Part shown: positions 27,502 to 37,089 of the stretch, piece after piece
Layout of the letters: each line of letters begins with the position of its first letter
How positions within the stretch are numbered: position 1 is the first letter of the stretch
NCBI GenBank assembly: GCA_020832565.1
Contig: JAFIEI010000009.1
Coordinates: forward strand, 15,669-79,668
Reading direction: 5' to 3'
From: Salinarimonas sp.
GTDB taxonomy: Bacteria > Pseudomonadota > Alphaproteobacteria > Rhizobiales > Beijerinckiaceae
DNA length: 64,000 nt
The notes under the pieces: generated by a model
The model's database searches: none
Seen by the model: the letters and a program-made list of their open reading frames with translations, nothing else
What the model was told of the DNA's origin: nothing
Program-made: the position numbers and the translations under genes

Positions 27502-28611
27502 TCAGCCGTCATAGCCCGCAACGCGGCGAAATGCAGCAAGTCCGGCCGGCAGGCTGCGGTCCGGACGCGGCAGCCCGCCGGGCACATCGGTGCGAACAGG
27601 CACATGGATCAGGCCCGCCCCATCGGTATTTGCAATTGCCGCCAGTGCGTCATGCAGGGCTGAGGGATTTTTGGCCTTGCGGACGATCGGATAGCCCAGT
27701 CCGGATCCCAGAGCCGCAAAGTCTACGGGGCCGATGGTCGGATGCCCGCCTACGGATGCGTGGCATCCGTTGTCCAGGACGATATGGGTCAGCTTCAGAT
27801 CTTTCCGGCCCGAAACCAGGGCGTGATTGCCGGCATGCATGAGGAACGAGCCGTCGCCATCAAGGCAGAAGACCCGCCGCGACGGGTCACTCATCGCGAT
27901 CCCGGCTGCGATCTGCGGAGCGAAACCCATTCCACCCACCGCCGCAAGGTCACGGAAAGGGTCTTCCCCGCGCGCAAGTCTCAGGGCGAGCATTTCACGC
28001 CCGGTATGCCCGATCCCGGTAACGAAAACCTCGCTCGGCCCGGCTGCATCGACGAGAATCTGCAAGACCGTATTCTTGTCCATGTCGTCGGCCTCATCCC
28101 TTGCGGGAGCCCGCCGCGACCCGCCGGTCGTGAGGGAAGGGGATACGAGCAACGCCTTGCGCCGGCGCGTGGAGCTCTCGCCCGAAAGAAACGATCTGAC
28201 CTGTGCCGAGCCATCGGCTTCGACCGCGAGCGTGTCGATGTCGGCAAGTTCGAGGAGCCTGACTATCTCGCGCCCGATCCCCCTGTGTTGCGGCTCATCG
28301 GCGATGCCGGGAGCTGCACGCCAGCCGATGATCATTATGAACGGAATATCGTACGCGTCCGGACCGGCGAGTGCCATGATCGGGTTGAGGGCGTTCGGCA
28401 GGCCGGAATTCTGCATATAGGCACAGCCGGGGCGTCCCGTTGCGATCCAGTGCCCCAGCGTGAGCGCGAGCGCGCCTCCTTCGCAGGCTGCGGTTACGTG
28501 ATCGATCTCGGGATGTTCGGCGATAACCCAGCAGAATTCCCGAAGCGTGGAATCAGGCACGCCGGCTGCAAATCGCACACCCGAGTCCCGCAATATCTGC
28601 ACAAGATCCAT
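27502..28611 (-). CDS. ppd: Phosphonopyruvate decarboxylase-like ThDP enzyme
   Basis: ~370 aa, starting MDLVQILRDSGVRFAAGVPDSTL like short ThDP decarboxylases of the Ppd/AepY type. ThDP motif GDGSFLMHAGN. Begins 7 nt after the PepM gene. Confidence 0.8.
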   Translation of the reverse strand: MDLVQILRDSGVRFAAGVPDSTLREFCWVIAEHPEIDHVTAACEGGALALTLGHWIATGRPGCAYMQNSGLPNALNPIMALAGPDAYDIPFIMIIGWRAAPGIADEPQHRGIGREIVRLLELADIDTLAVEADGSAQVRSFLSGESSTRRRKALLVSPSLTTGGSRRAPARDEADDMDKNTVLQILVDAAGPSEVFVTGIGHTGREMLALRLARGEDPFRDLAAVGGMGFAPQIAAGIAMSDPSRRVFCLDGDGSFLMHAGNHALVSGRKDLKLTHIVLDNGCHASVGGHPTIGPVDFAALGSGLGYPIVRKAKNPSALHDALAAIANTDGAGLIHVPVRTDVPGGLPRPDRSLPAGLAAFRRVAGYDG

Positions 28612-28618
28612 GGCGCGC

Positions 28619-29923
28619 TCACTTCGCTGCGGGGATCAGTGAAAGAACATCCTTTGTCGATGCGAGGCAACTGCGCATCCACGCATCGTCCGAGCACCCT
28701 TCGGCAAGTATGTGACGGGCGACATCGACCATGCGCGGATAGGCTGCGCGCAGGAGATGGTTGGCATAAATGATCGCATTGATTCCCGCATCGGCCAAGG
28801 CGGATTCATGTGTCCCGCCATAGGTCGTCGGCACCACGAAGATCGGTGTGTGCACGCCGTTGTGACGCAATTCACGGGCAAAGCCGATGACTTCATCGGC
28901 GGTCCTTGCGATGGAATGGATCAGGATCGCGTCGGAGCCCGCTTCGATATAGGCTTCCGCGCGCTCGAGCGCATCGGTCATCCCGGCGCCGAGGATGAAG
29001 CTCTCGATGCGCGAGATGAACATCATGTCTCCGCACCTTGCCGCACGCTTGGCCGCCCGGATACGCTCGCAGAAGGCCTCGATACTCACCTGTTCTTGTC
29101 CTGCTTCGGTTCCATACAGCGAATTGCGCTTCGAGCCGGCCTTGTCCTCCAGGCAGAGTGCCGAAACGCCCGCCCGGTCGAGGGAGCGCGCCAACTGGTA
29201 AACCCTTTCCGGAAAGCCTCCGGTATCTCCGTCGTAGATCAACGGCAGAGGCGTGGCTTCGAAGATCTCGTTGACGGTAGCAATCCGGGCGCTGGAATCG
29301 ACGATCTCGAGATCGGGTTTCGCGCGCAGCGTCGCATCCGTGAGTGAACTCTGCCAAAGGGCATCGAAACGCCGATCCTCGTGCGAAACCCGATGGGCGA
29401 TGACTGCCGCAAGGCCGCTATGGGCTTCGATGACACGAATGAACGGCTTGATTTCGAGCATCCGTCGAAGGCGGGCCTGGCGAATACGGGCAAGGACGCC
29501 TTCCTCTTCCAGGGCCTGATGGATCAAGGTCGACGAAACACCCGTCGTCCCAGGGAGCTCGACCAATTCCCCGCCCCATGCGGCGAGCGTCTCGAGAATG
29601 TCGCTGGAAACGCTCGGATGCTTGTCGTCGTTGCGCCAATGCTCACCGTGGACGACATAATCCGGACGAATCGCCATGAGGTTCTCGCGATAGCTCAGCG
29701 CGTATTGAGGGACAACCTTGCTGACACCGGCAATGTTCTCGATCACGCGGACACGATCGGCGAAGCGCATGAACGGGACACGCATGCACGTCGCCGCAGC
29801 CTCGTCCGAGAGGACACCCACGACGACACGCCCGAGTTCCCGCGCCTTTGCCAGAATGTCGATATGACCGGCATGGAGCATGTCGCCCACCATGCCGACG
29901 TAAACGATTTTTTCGTCGCCCAC
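28619..29923 (-). CDS. pepM: Fusion of a cytidylyltransferase-like domain and phosphoenolpyruvate mutase (PepM)
   Basis: N-terminal domain has HxGH (VGMVGDMLHAGHIDIL) and GTTGVSST motifs of the TagD/ECT nucleotidyltransferase fold. C-terminal domain has DGDTGG and the PepM-diagnostic EDK-x5-NS motif (LEDKAGSKRNS). The GTG at 29923 is preceded by GGGGAGG at 6-nt spacing; the track ATG at 30022 is less likely. Confidence 0.85.
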   Translation of the reverse strand: MGDEKIVYVGMVGDMLHAGHIDILAKARELGRVVVGVLSDEAAATCMRVPFMRFADRVRVIENIAGVSKVVPQYALSYRENLMAIRPDYVVHGEHWRNDDKHPSVSSDILETLAAWGGELVELPGTTGVSSTLIHQALEEEGVLARIRQARLRRMLEIKPFIRVIEAHSGLAAVIAHRVSHEDRRFDALWQSSLTDATLRAKPDLEIVDSSARIATVNEIFEATPLPLIYDGDTGGFPERVYQLARSLDRAGVSALCLEDKAGSKRNSLYGTEAGQEQVSIEAFCERIRAAKRAARCGDMMFISRIESFILGAGMTDALERAEAYIEAGSDAILIHSIARTADEVIGFARELRHNGVHTPIFVVPTTYGGTHESALADAGINAIIYANHLLRAAYPRMVDVARHILAEGCSDDAWMRSCLASTKDVLSLIPAAK

Positions 29924-30155
29924 GAACTGCCTCCCCGATATCGTATCCCGTTGCAGGTTGAGCCGCCCTTGTGAGCGACGGTCGACTGGTTGACACCGGC
30001 CTGCATGCCAAACATCGTGCATTATTGAAAAAAACTATCATAAATAGTGTTATATGAATGACACAAGATGGGTTGGGCGACAAAGTAACAATCCTTGATC
30101 GAATTGCGCGAGTGGCGGAAGGCGATCGGTTCGGCGGACCCGGATCTGGAGTATA

Positions 30156-31268
30156 GTGATCATGCAACGGCGCTTCATCGGACCAGGCGCGATCGCAGGT
30201 TTGCCTGCTGCCGTACGCAGTCTCGCGCACCCTGGTCGCTACGTCCTGGTGGTCGCCGGCGACCGGTCGTTCGATGCGTGTGGCGGGGCGGATATCGTCG
30301 ATGCCTTGCCGGGGCCCGTGAGAGTCCTGCGCAGCTCTGGCGACTTGCCCCGTATCGAGGAGCTGGCGCGATTGTACCGGGCCTGCGGGGATGTCGAGAT
30401 CGGGTGTGTCGTAGCCGTCGGGGGCGGGCGCGTGATCGATCTCGCCAAGCTCCTCGCCTGCGCCCTGGCAGCGGCGGGTGATCCGATCGATCCCGCCACC
30501 GGGATCGATCCGCGGCTGGAGGGCAGGGTGCCGTTGATCGCGGTTGCGACCACTGCCGGATCGGGGAGTGAAAGCACGCCTTTCGCGGTGTGCTATGTCG
30601 CAGGCCGCAAAACCTCCCTTGATCGAGGCTTCCTGCTTCCGGACGTCGCTATCGTCGACCCGGCCCTGCTCGCGTCCCTTCCGCCGCAGACGATGGCCTG
30701 TGCAGGGCTCGATGCGCTTTGTCAGAGCATCGAAGCGCTGCTTTCGCGACATGCGGCACCGGCCAGCGACACACGCGCCGCCCGTGCGCTGGTGCTCGTC
30801 GCACGATCACTGCGAGCGGCCCCCAGGGGCGATCCGCGGGCACGGGCGCGGCTGGCGCGGGGAGCCAGTGAAGCCGGGCGCGCCATTGCATTGACGCGAA
30901 CGACGATCCCGCATGCTCTTTCCTATCCATTGTCGGTGCGCCACGGCATCGCTCACGGGCATGCCGTCGCCTTGTCCATGGCGCGCTATCTCGAACGCTT
31001 CGGCGAGGCCTTGGCTGCCGATGCGGCTCTCGCGCCATGGAGAAGATCATATGCGCGCGTGCTCGCGGCTTTGGGCGCCCGCGATCCGCATCAAGCCGCT
31101 TCGATCTGGCGGTCTCTGCTCGATGATCTCGGCCTGGCCCCAACCGCGTCGGCGTGTGGTCTACACCGAAGCGATATTGCAAGGCTGGTAGAGGAATACG
31201 ACCCTGATCGGTTCGCGAACGCGCCGCTTTCGCTGGAGGCAAACGAAATTCCCGGCCTGTTCGAATGA
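30156..31268 (+). CDS. Group-III iron-containing alcohol dehydrogenase (phosphonoacetaldehyde reductase-like)
   Basis: GGGRVIDLAK, TTAGSGSE and HALSYPL...HGHAVAL metal/NAD motifs. Divergent from pepM-ppd. Start is GTG 30156 or ATG 30162. Confidence 0.8.
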   Translation: MIMQRRFIGPGAIAGLPAAVRSLAHPGRYVLVVAGDRSFDACGGADIVDALPGPVRVLRSSGDLPRIEELARLYRACGDVEIGCVVAVGGGRVIDLAKLLACALAAAGDPIDPATGIDPRLEGRVPLIAVATTAGSGSESTPFAVCYVAGRKTSLDRGFLLPDVAIVDPALLASLPPQTMACAGLDALCQSIEALLSRHAAPASDTRAARALVLVARSLRAAPRGDPRARARLARGASEAGRAIALTRTTIPHALSYPLSVRHGIAHGHAVALSMARYLERFGEALAADAALAPWRRSYARVLAALGARDPHQAASIWRSLLDDLGLAPTASACGLHRSDIARLVEEYDPDRFANAPLSLEANEIPGLFE

Positions 31269-31463
31269 AAATGCCGCGGACCGCCTCATGGTTTGGGGGC
31301 GCAGTCCGGTACCGAGCGGCCTCGATAGGTCTCGTCAACGTCCTCTTCGCCCCCGCCCTGCATTTGCAGGATTCCTCCTCGTGCTCCAGGGCCTGTCCCG
31401 CACAAGCCTGACGCAAGCCAGCGCGCCTAGTCTCCGGTCAGATCGAAACCGGGAGACCTTTCC

Positions 31464-31841
31464 GTGGAAGCGATACATCTGTTTTCTCTGGCATCGCGCC
31501 GCAATGACTGGCTGGCAACGCGCCAAGCCACCATTGCCGAGAACGTCGCGCATGTGGATACGCCGGGCTACCGCGCCAAGGACGTGCAGCCGTTTCGCGA
31601 GGTGATGGATCACACCCGCCTGCAGATGGCAGCGACCAGCCCGGCCCATCTCGAACTCGACGGGCGTGCCCGCCAGACCCGCACCGACAAGGCGGATTCC
31701 TGGACCATCACCCATTCCGGCAACAGCGTCAGCGTCGAGCAGGAACTGATGAAGGCGAGCGCGGTGGCGCGCGATCACGCGCTGTCGACCAGCATCGTCA
31801 AGTCGTTCCACCGCATGATCCTGACCAGCGTGAAAGGTTGA
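31464..31841 (+). CDS. flgB: Flagellar basal-body rod protein FlgB
   Basis: [25 protein letters not shown] rod-protein N-terminal motif. GTG start. Confidence 0.85.
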   Translation: MEAIHLFSLASRRNDWLATRQATIAENVAHVDTPGYRAKDVQPFREVMDHTRLQMAATSPAHLELDGRARQTRTDKADSWTITHSGNSVSVEQELMKASAVARDHALSTSIVKSFHRMILTSVKG

Positions 31842-31845
31842 TCCC

Positions 31846-32262
31846 ATGATGGACCCGCTCGCCGCCGTCTCGCGCATTGCCGGCTCCGGCTTGCAGACGC
31901 AATCCAAGCGCCTGCAGATCATCTCCGAGAATCTCGCCAACGCCCAGTCGACGGGCTCCACACCCGGTGCCGACCCGTATCGGCGCAAGACCATCAGCTT
32001 CAAGGGCGAGATGGATCGGCTCGTCGGCGCCGAACTCGTCGGTATCCGCAATATCGGCACCGACCGCTCGCCGTTCCGCATCGAGCATGATCCGGGCCAT
32101 CCCGCAGCCGATGCCAACGGCAATGTGAAGATGCCCAACGTCAACATGCTGATGGAAATGGCCGATCTGCGCGAAGCCAATCGCTCCTACGAAGCCAATC
32201 TTCAGATCGTCAAGCAAGCCCGTTCGATGGTCAACGCCACCATCGACCTGTTGAGGAGTTGA
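31846..32262 (+). CDS. flgC: Flagellar basal-body rod protein FlgC
   Basis: [16 protein letters not shown]...PYRRK and the C-terminal [15 protein letters not shown] motif. Confidence 0.9.
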   Translation: MMDPLAAVSRIAGSGLQTQSKRLQIISENLANAQSTGSTPGADPYRRKTISFKGEMDRLVGAELVGIRNIGTDRSPFRIEHDPGHPAADANGNVKMPNVNMLMEMADLREANRSYEANLQIVKQARSMVNATIDLLRS

Positions 32263-32264
32263 TC

Positions 32265-32594
32265 ATGATCGACGCCGTCGCCAGCCTTCCCGGCGCCGCC
32301 GGGCTCTCCGTTCCGACATCAGGGGTCGAACGCCCCGCCGCCACCGCGCTCACGGGATTCGCGCAGCCGACCCGGCACACCGATTTCTCCCAGGTCCTTT
32401 CGCAGGTCGCACGCGACGGTATCGGCCAGATCCAGGCCGCGGAAGCCGCGTCGATCAAGGGGCTGCAGGGCCATGCCTCGGTCCAGGAAGTGGTCGAGGC
32501 CGTGATGAGCGCCGAGCAGAGTCTGAACACGGCGATCGCGGTGCGCGACAAGGTCGTGCAGGCCTATCAGGAAATCAGCCGGATGCAGATCTGA
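32265..32594 (+). CDS. fliE: Flagellar hook-basal body complex protein FliE
   Basis: C-terminal [28 protein letters not shown]. The ATG at 32265 has GAGGAG 6 nt upstream; the track start is TTG 32259. Confidence 0.8.
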   Translation: MIDAVASLPGAAGLSVPTSGVERPAATALTGFAQPTRHTDFSQVLSQVARDGIGQIQAAEAASIKGLQGHASVQEVVEAVMSAEQSLNTAIAVRDKVVQAYQEISRMQI

Positions 32595-32607
32595 GGAGGA
32601 TCCACCA

Positions 32608-33396
32608 ATGCGCGCGCTCGCCATTGCCGCAACGGGCATGAACGCCCAGCAGATGAACGTCGAAGTCATCGCCAACAACATCGCCAATATCAACACCACC
32701 GGTTTCAAGCGCGCCCGCGCCGAGTTCACCGATCTGCTCTACCAGGCGGAACGGCTGCAGGGCGTGCCGATGCGCGGCGGCCAGGCTGCGGTTCCCGAGG
32801 GCGCCCAGATCGGGCTCGGCGTGAAGGCGGCCGCGATCCGCAATCTGCACATGCAGGGCGCGCTCACCAACACCGCCAACAAGCTCGACCTCGCCATCAA
32901 CGGCAACGGCTGGTTCCAGGTGGAGGGGCCCGAGGGCGAGATCCTGTATTCGCGCGCCGGCGCCTTCAACACCAATGCCGAGGGTCAGCTCGTCACCATC
33001 GAGGGCTATCTCGTCGAACCGGCAATCGTGGTTCCGGAAAATACGGTCGACGTCGTCGTCAACGAATCCGGGCAGGTCTTCGCCCAGATCGGCGGCCAGA
33101 TGCAGCTCGAGGAACTCGGTCAGCTGACGCTTGCCAATTTCGCCAACGAGACGGGTCTCGAGCCGCTCGGGAGCAATCTCTATCGCGAGACCGTCGCCTC
33201 CGGCCAGCCGGTGATCGGCGCCCCGGGCGATCCCGGCTACGGCAGCCTGCATCAGGGTTATCTGGAGAGCTCCAACGTCGACCCCGTCAAGGAAATCACC
33301 GAGTTGATCTCGGCCCAGCGCGCCTACGAGATGAACTCCAAGGTGATCCAGGCCGCCGACGACATGGCCGGCACGGTCTCCAAGGGTATCCGTTGA
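32608..33396 (+). CDS. flgG: Flagellar distal rod protein FlgG
   Basis: [35 protein letters not shown] and the C-terminal [30 protein letters not shown]. Confidence 0.9.
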   Translation: MRALAIAATGMNAQQMNVEVIANNIANINTTGFKRARAEFTDLLYQAERLQGVPMRGGQAAVPEGAQIGLGVKAAAIRNLHMQGALTNTANKLDLAINGNGWFQVEGPEGEILYSRAGAFNTNAEGQLVTIEGYLVEPAIVVPENTVDVVVNESGQVFAQIGGQMQLEELGQLTLANFANETGLEPLGSNLYRETVASGQPVIGAPGDPGYGSLHQGYLESSNVDPVKEITELISAQRAYEMNSKVIQAADDMAGTVSKGIR

Positions 33397-33445
33397 TGCG
33401 TGACGGCGCGAGGATATCGCGCCGCGGCGTGAAAGGAGCAATCCG

Positions 33446-33940
33446 ATGATCCGTATGCGCAGAATGGGCCGGGCCATGTGTCGCACGGCACTCGCTACAG
33501 CAATGCTCGCGCTCGCGGGCAGCCATGCTGCGCTGGCCCAGAGTGCCGGGGGCAATAGAGCGATGCCGGTGCCGACCATCACCATTTATCCCGGCGAGAA
33601 GATCAAGGAAGGCGTGATCGAGCTGCGCGAATTCTCCGCCCATGCGATCGATCGCGCGCCCGTCGTCGCGGACCCGCCGGCGCTGGTAGGCAAGGTCGCG
33701 CGCCGGACGCTGCTTCCGGGGCAGCTGGTGCCGCGCAATGCGATCGAGGAGCCACGCCTCGTCGAGCGGGGGCGCTCGGTGCAGGTCGTCTTCGCCGAGG
33801 CAGGGATGACGATCGTCGGCATCGCCTCGGCCCTCGAGGCGGGTTCCGCCGGAGAGCGGGTGCGTGCACGCAATCTCGATAGTGGAGTCACCATCGTGGG
33901 CACGGTTCAGCCGGACGGCACGTTGCGGGTCGGAGAATGA
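33446..33940 (+). CDS. flgA: Flagellar P-ring assembly chaperone FlgA
   Basis: Signal peptide, a SAF-like segment, and the C-terminal GERVRARNLDSGVTIVGTVQPDGTLRV motif. Confidence 0.75.
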   Translation: MIRMRRMGRAMCRTALATAMLALAGSHAALAQSAGGNRAMPVPTITIYPGEKIKEGVIELREFSAHAIDRAPVVADPPALVGKVARRTLLPGQLVPRNAIEEPRLVERGRSVQVVFAEAGMTIVGIASALEAGSAGERVRARNLDSGVTIVGTVQPDGTLRVGE

Positions 33941-35127
33941 AGATGAATGATCGTTGTGCCGCGTCTGCCACGGGGCGCACAGCCCGGCTCCGCATGGGTT
34001 TCGCGCGGATCATGGCGCTGTGTGTCACCTGCGCCGCCCTCGCGCTCGGCAATCCGCTCGCGGCCGTCGCCGATGTGGCGCGCCAGGGCGGGACGCGGAT
34101 CAAGGATGTGACGACGCTAAAGGGCATGCGCGACAACCAGCTCGTCGGCTATGGTCTGGTGATCGGTCTGCCCGGCTCCGGCGATACCATGCGCAACTCC
34201 CCCTTCACCGAGCAATCCCTGCGCTCGATGCTCGACCGCATGGGCGTGAATGTCGACAACACCCTGCGCGCACGCAATGTCGCGGCAGTGGTGGTGACGG
34301 CCGACCTCCCGCCCTTTGCCGGGCGCGGCTCGCGCATCGACGTCTCCGTCGGATCACTGGGCGATGCGCGCTCCCTCAACGGCGGCACCCTCGTGGTGAC
34401 CCCGCTGATGGGTGGCGACGGGCAGGTCTATGCCGTGGCGCAGGGCGCCGTATCGGTCTCCGGCTTCGAGGCGGCGGGTGATGCGGCGCTGGTTTCCCAA
34501 GGTGTGCCCACCGCCGGACGCATCGCCAACGGCGCCCTCATCGAGCGCGAGCTGCCCGACCAGTTCCGCGACATGCGCAACCTGATCCTGGAGCTGCGCA
34601 ACCCGGATTTCCGCACCGCCGTCTCGATCGCCGATGCGATCAACGATTACTCGCTGGCGCGCTGGGGCGAGCGCACGGCGGTGGAGCGTGATTTCCGCAC
34701 GGTCTTCGTGCGCCAGCCGGAGCGCATCAGCCCGATGCGTTTCCTCGCCGAGATCGGTGAGTTGTCGATCACGCCCGATACCCCTGCGCGGGTGGTGATC
34801 GATGAAGGAACCGGGACCGTGGTGATCGGGCAGAACGTGCAGATTTCCACCGTCGCGGTCACTCATGGCAACATTTCGGTGCGTATCACCGAGCGCCCCT
34901 TCGCCGACCAGCCCAACCCGTTCAGCTTCGGTGAGACGGTCGTGCTGCCTGATACTGAGATCGAGGCGCAGGAGGAGGGCGGACAGCTCGCCATTATCGG
35001 TGGCGCCGACCTGCAGACGCTGGTGCGCGGGCTCAACCAGATCGGGCTCAAGCCGATGGGGATCATCGCGATCCTCCAGGCGATCAAGACGGCGGGTGCC
35101 TTGCAGGCGGATCTGGTGGTGCAGTGA
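33937..35127 (+). CDS. flgI: Flagellar P-ring protein FlgI
   Basis: RIKDVTTLKGMRDNQLVGYGLVIGLPGSGD and the C-terminal IIAILQAIKTAGALQADLVVQ. ATGA overlap with flgA. Confidence 0.9.
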   Translation: MKMNDRCAASATGRTARLRMGFARIMALCVTCAALALGNPLAAVADVARQGGTRIKDVTTLKGMRDNQLVGYGLVIGLPGSGDTMRNSPFTEQSLRSMLDRMGVNVDNTLRARNVAAVVVTADLPPFAGRGSRIDVSVGSLGDARSLNGGTLVVTPLMGGDGQVYAVAQGAVSVSGFEAAGDAALVSQGVPTAGRIANGALIERELPDQFRDMRNLILELRNPDFRTAVSIADAINDYSLARWGERTAVERDFRTVFVRQPERISPMRFLAEIGELSITPDTPARVVIDEGTGTVVIGQNVQISTVAVTHGNISVRITERPFADQPNPFSFGETVVLPDTEIEAQEEGGQLAIIGGADLQTLVRGLNQIGLKPMGIIAILQAIKTAGALQADLVVQ

Positions 35128-35157
35128 CAATGCGATGACGCGTCGACCGACGCCGCG

Positions 35158-35526
35158 TCAGCCCTGCTCGGGCGGTACCTCGGCTGCCGCCTGCGCCGCC
35201 ACGGCCCCGTCGCCGATCGTGACGCCCTTGTCGCGAACAAGGGTCGGCTTGGGAATGATCTCGGTGATCTCGACCTGAATCCGCGTGCCGGTCACGATGA
35301 TGTGGCCGCGCGCGATCGGATGATCATTGGCCAGGATCTCGACCGTGTCGTCATCCATCTGATCAAGTTCGATCACTGCGCCGCGCCCCATGCGCAAGAG
35401 CATGTGAACCGGCATCTGACGCCGGCCCAGAACGACCTTCAGATCAACGTTGAGACCATCGATACTCGGCACATCTACCCCACTCGATTCCCGGTTCCGG
35501 CAACGAACGCCCCTTGTGGACGACAC
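35158..35526 (-). CDS. fliN: Flagellar motor switch FliN-like (SpoA domain) protein
   Basis: VDLKVVLGRRQMPVHMLLRMGRGAVIELDQMDDDTVEILANDHPIARGHIIV matches the SpoA/FliN C-terminal domain. GTG start uncertain. Confidence 0.7.
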   Translation of the reverse strand: MSSTRGVRCRNRESSGVDVPSIDGLNVDLKVVLGRRQMPVHMLLRMGRGAVIELDQMDDDTVEILANDHPIARGHIIVTGTRIQVEITEIIPKPTLVRDKGVTIGDGAVAAQAAAEVPPEQG

Positions 35527-35588
35527 GTGCCGCGTGCCTTAACTAAGGGTGTCACGCAAGTCCCACCTGATCAGAACAGGGTGAACCA

Positions 35589-36293
35589 TTGGTTAACGCG
35601 CGCGCCGATGCAGCCGCCTCATTCATACCCCGAACCGGCTTTCCCCCGGTCGACTGGGTGGTGAGCGACGGGCTCGTCGATTATCCCGATGCGGTCACCG
35701 CGATGGAGACGCGTGCAGCGCGTATTGCTGCCGGGGAGGCGCGCGAATGCGTCTGGCTCCTGGAGCATCCGCCGCTCTACACTGCCGGCACCTCTGCGCG
35801 TGAAACCGATCTCGTCGAGCGTGAGCGCTTCCCCGTTTTCGCCAGCGGGCGTGGCGGGCAATATACCTATCACGGGCCGGGCCAACGGGTGGCCTATGTC
35901 ATGCTCGATCTCAACCGCCGCGTGCCGGATCTGCGCCGCTATGTCGGGGCGCTGGAAGCCTGGCTGATCGCCACGCTCGCGCAGTTCAACATTCGCGGGG
36001 AGCGCCGCGAGGACCGCGTGGGTGTCTGGGTGCGGCGCCCCGACAAGGGTCCCACTGTCGAAGACAAGATCGCCGCGATCGGCATTCGCGTACGGCGCTG
36101 GGTCAGCTTTCACGGGGTGAGCCTCAATGTCGAGCCCGATCTCGGTCATTTCACCGGCATCGTCCCCTGCGGCATCACCGAACACGGAGTCACCAGCCTC
36201 GTCGATCTCGGCTACCCGGTGACGATGCCGGAGGTCGATGCGATCATGCGCGCGGAATTCGAGGCGATTTTCGGGGTTACTCGGTCCGAATAG
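35589..36293 (+). CDS. lipB: Lipoyl(octanoyl) transferase LipB
   Basis: [47 protein letters not shown] start assumed; no in-frame ATG lies upstream of the conserved N-terminus. Confidence 0.85.
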   Translation: MVNARADAAASFIPRTGFPPVDWVVSDGLVDYPDAVTAMETRAARIAAGEARECVWLLEHPPLYTAGTSARETDLVERERFPVFASGRGGQYTYHGPGQRVAYVMLDLNRRVPDLRRYVGALEAWLIATLAQFNIRGERREDRVGVWVRRPDKGPTVEDKIAAIGIRVRRWVSFHGVSLNVEPDLGHFTGIVPCGITEHGVTSLVDLGYPVTMPEVDAIMRAEFEAIFGVTRSE

Positions 36294-37089
36294 AAGGACC
36301 GAGGGGGGGGACGGGCTTGGGTCCGATATTCGAGGTTGGTACCACCATAGGCGTTTCGCGCAGGACCGCCTCTCCGACGAGTGCATTCTCGAACCCACGC
36401 AGTGGAAGGTTCAGCCCGATCAGCATGTAGCGCTGCTCCTCCATGCCGGCGACCGAAGGAGGCGCTTCGATCACTCCCTCGTCGACGAGCTGGCGAACGA
36501 GTGCACCATATATTTCATTCACGTCGATCTCTGCATTGCGAATACGAGCTTCCCTCATTCCTTTCCACGCGAGGTCCCAAGAGCGTCGCCCAACAACATG
36601 CGCATCAGTGAATGAGAAGTTTTCGGGAGCAAATCCCAGTACTTCGCCATCATCGACCGCCGCTGCTAGCTCCAGTCGAATGGGGTCGATTAGATCCAGA
36701 AGCTCAATGCGCGCGACTCGATGCGAGCGGGAAACACCTTCGATGAAACGTGTTATCTCTTCAACGGTCGCTTCGTCGGCCTGTTCGAGATCGACCAACG
36801 GCAAGCGATAGAAATGAAGCGGGGCATCCGGCTTGCTGCCCAGACCGGCGGTGTAGAGTGCCGTTTCCAGCGCCAAATTCTCGGAGGGTTTGCTCAACTG
36901 GACATGCTCGCGCGGCATATACCAGAGGATGCCATCATTCGAGAACTGGAAGTTGTCCGAGGCATATGCAGGAGCGCTGCAAGCAATGGCAAAGGCGAAC
37001 ACAGACAGCGCGCGCGATAGCGGTGTTGCGCAATGGCTGGTAACCGTTCTCAATGCCGCGATACCCATTTCCGACTGCCTCCAAATCAA
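36277..37089 (-). CDS. Hypothetical secreted protein (no family recognised)
   Basis: Signal peptide ...[21 protein letters not shown] with an AxA cleavage site. Long ORF in a locally low-GC segment. Start is TTG 37089 (TTGA overlap with the upstream stop) or ATG 37068. Confidence 0.6.
   Translation of the reverse strand: MIWRQSEMGIAALRTVTSHCATPLSRALSVFAFAIACSAPAYASDNFQFSNDGILWYMPREHVQLSKPSENLALETALYTAGLGSKPDAPLHFYRLPLVDLEQADEATVEEITRFIEGVSRSHRVARIELLDLIDPIRLELAAAVDDGEVLGFAPENFSFTDAHVVGRRSWDLAWKGMREARIRNAEIDVNEIYGALVRQLVDEGVIEAPPSVAGMEEQRYMLIGLNLPLRGFENALVGEAVLRETPMVVPTSNIGPKPVPPLGPSIRTE
36280..36303. terminator. Hairpin CTCGGTCC-GAATAGAA-GGACCGAG shared by two convergent gene ends, followed by a G8 run (36303-36310)
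   Basis: 8-bp perfect stem read directly. It spans the lipB stop codon (36291-36293) and the last codons of the convergent ORF. No U-tract, so terminator function is uncertain. Confidence 0.4.

Noticed and set aside
31330-31463. A possible sigma54 (-24/-12) promoter, GCCCTGCATTTGCA, upstream of flgB.
   Set aside because: The -12 TTGCA is present, but the -24 GG element is missing at the required spacing. No CtrA TTAA-N7-TTAA box is present either.
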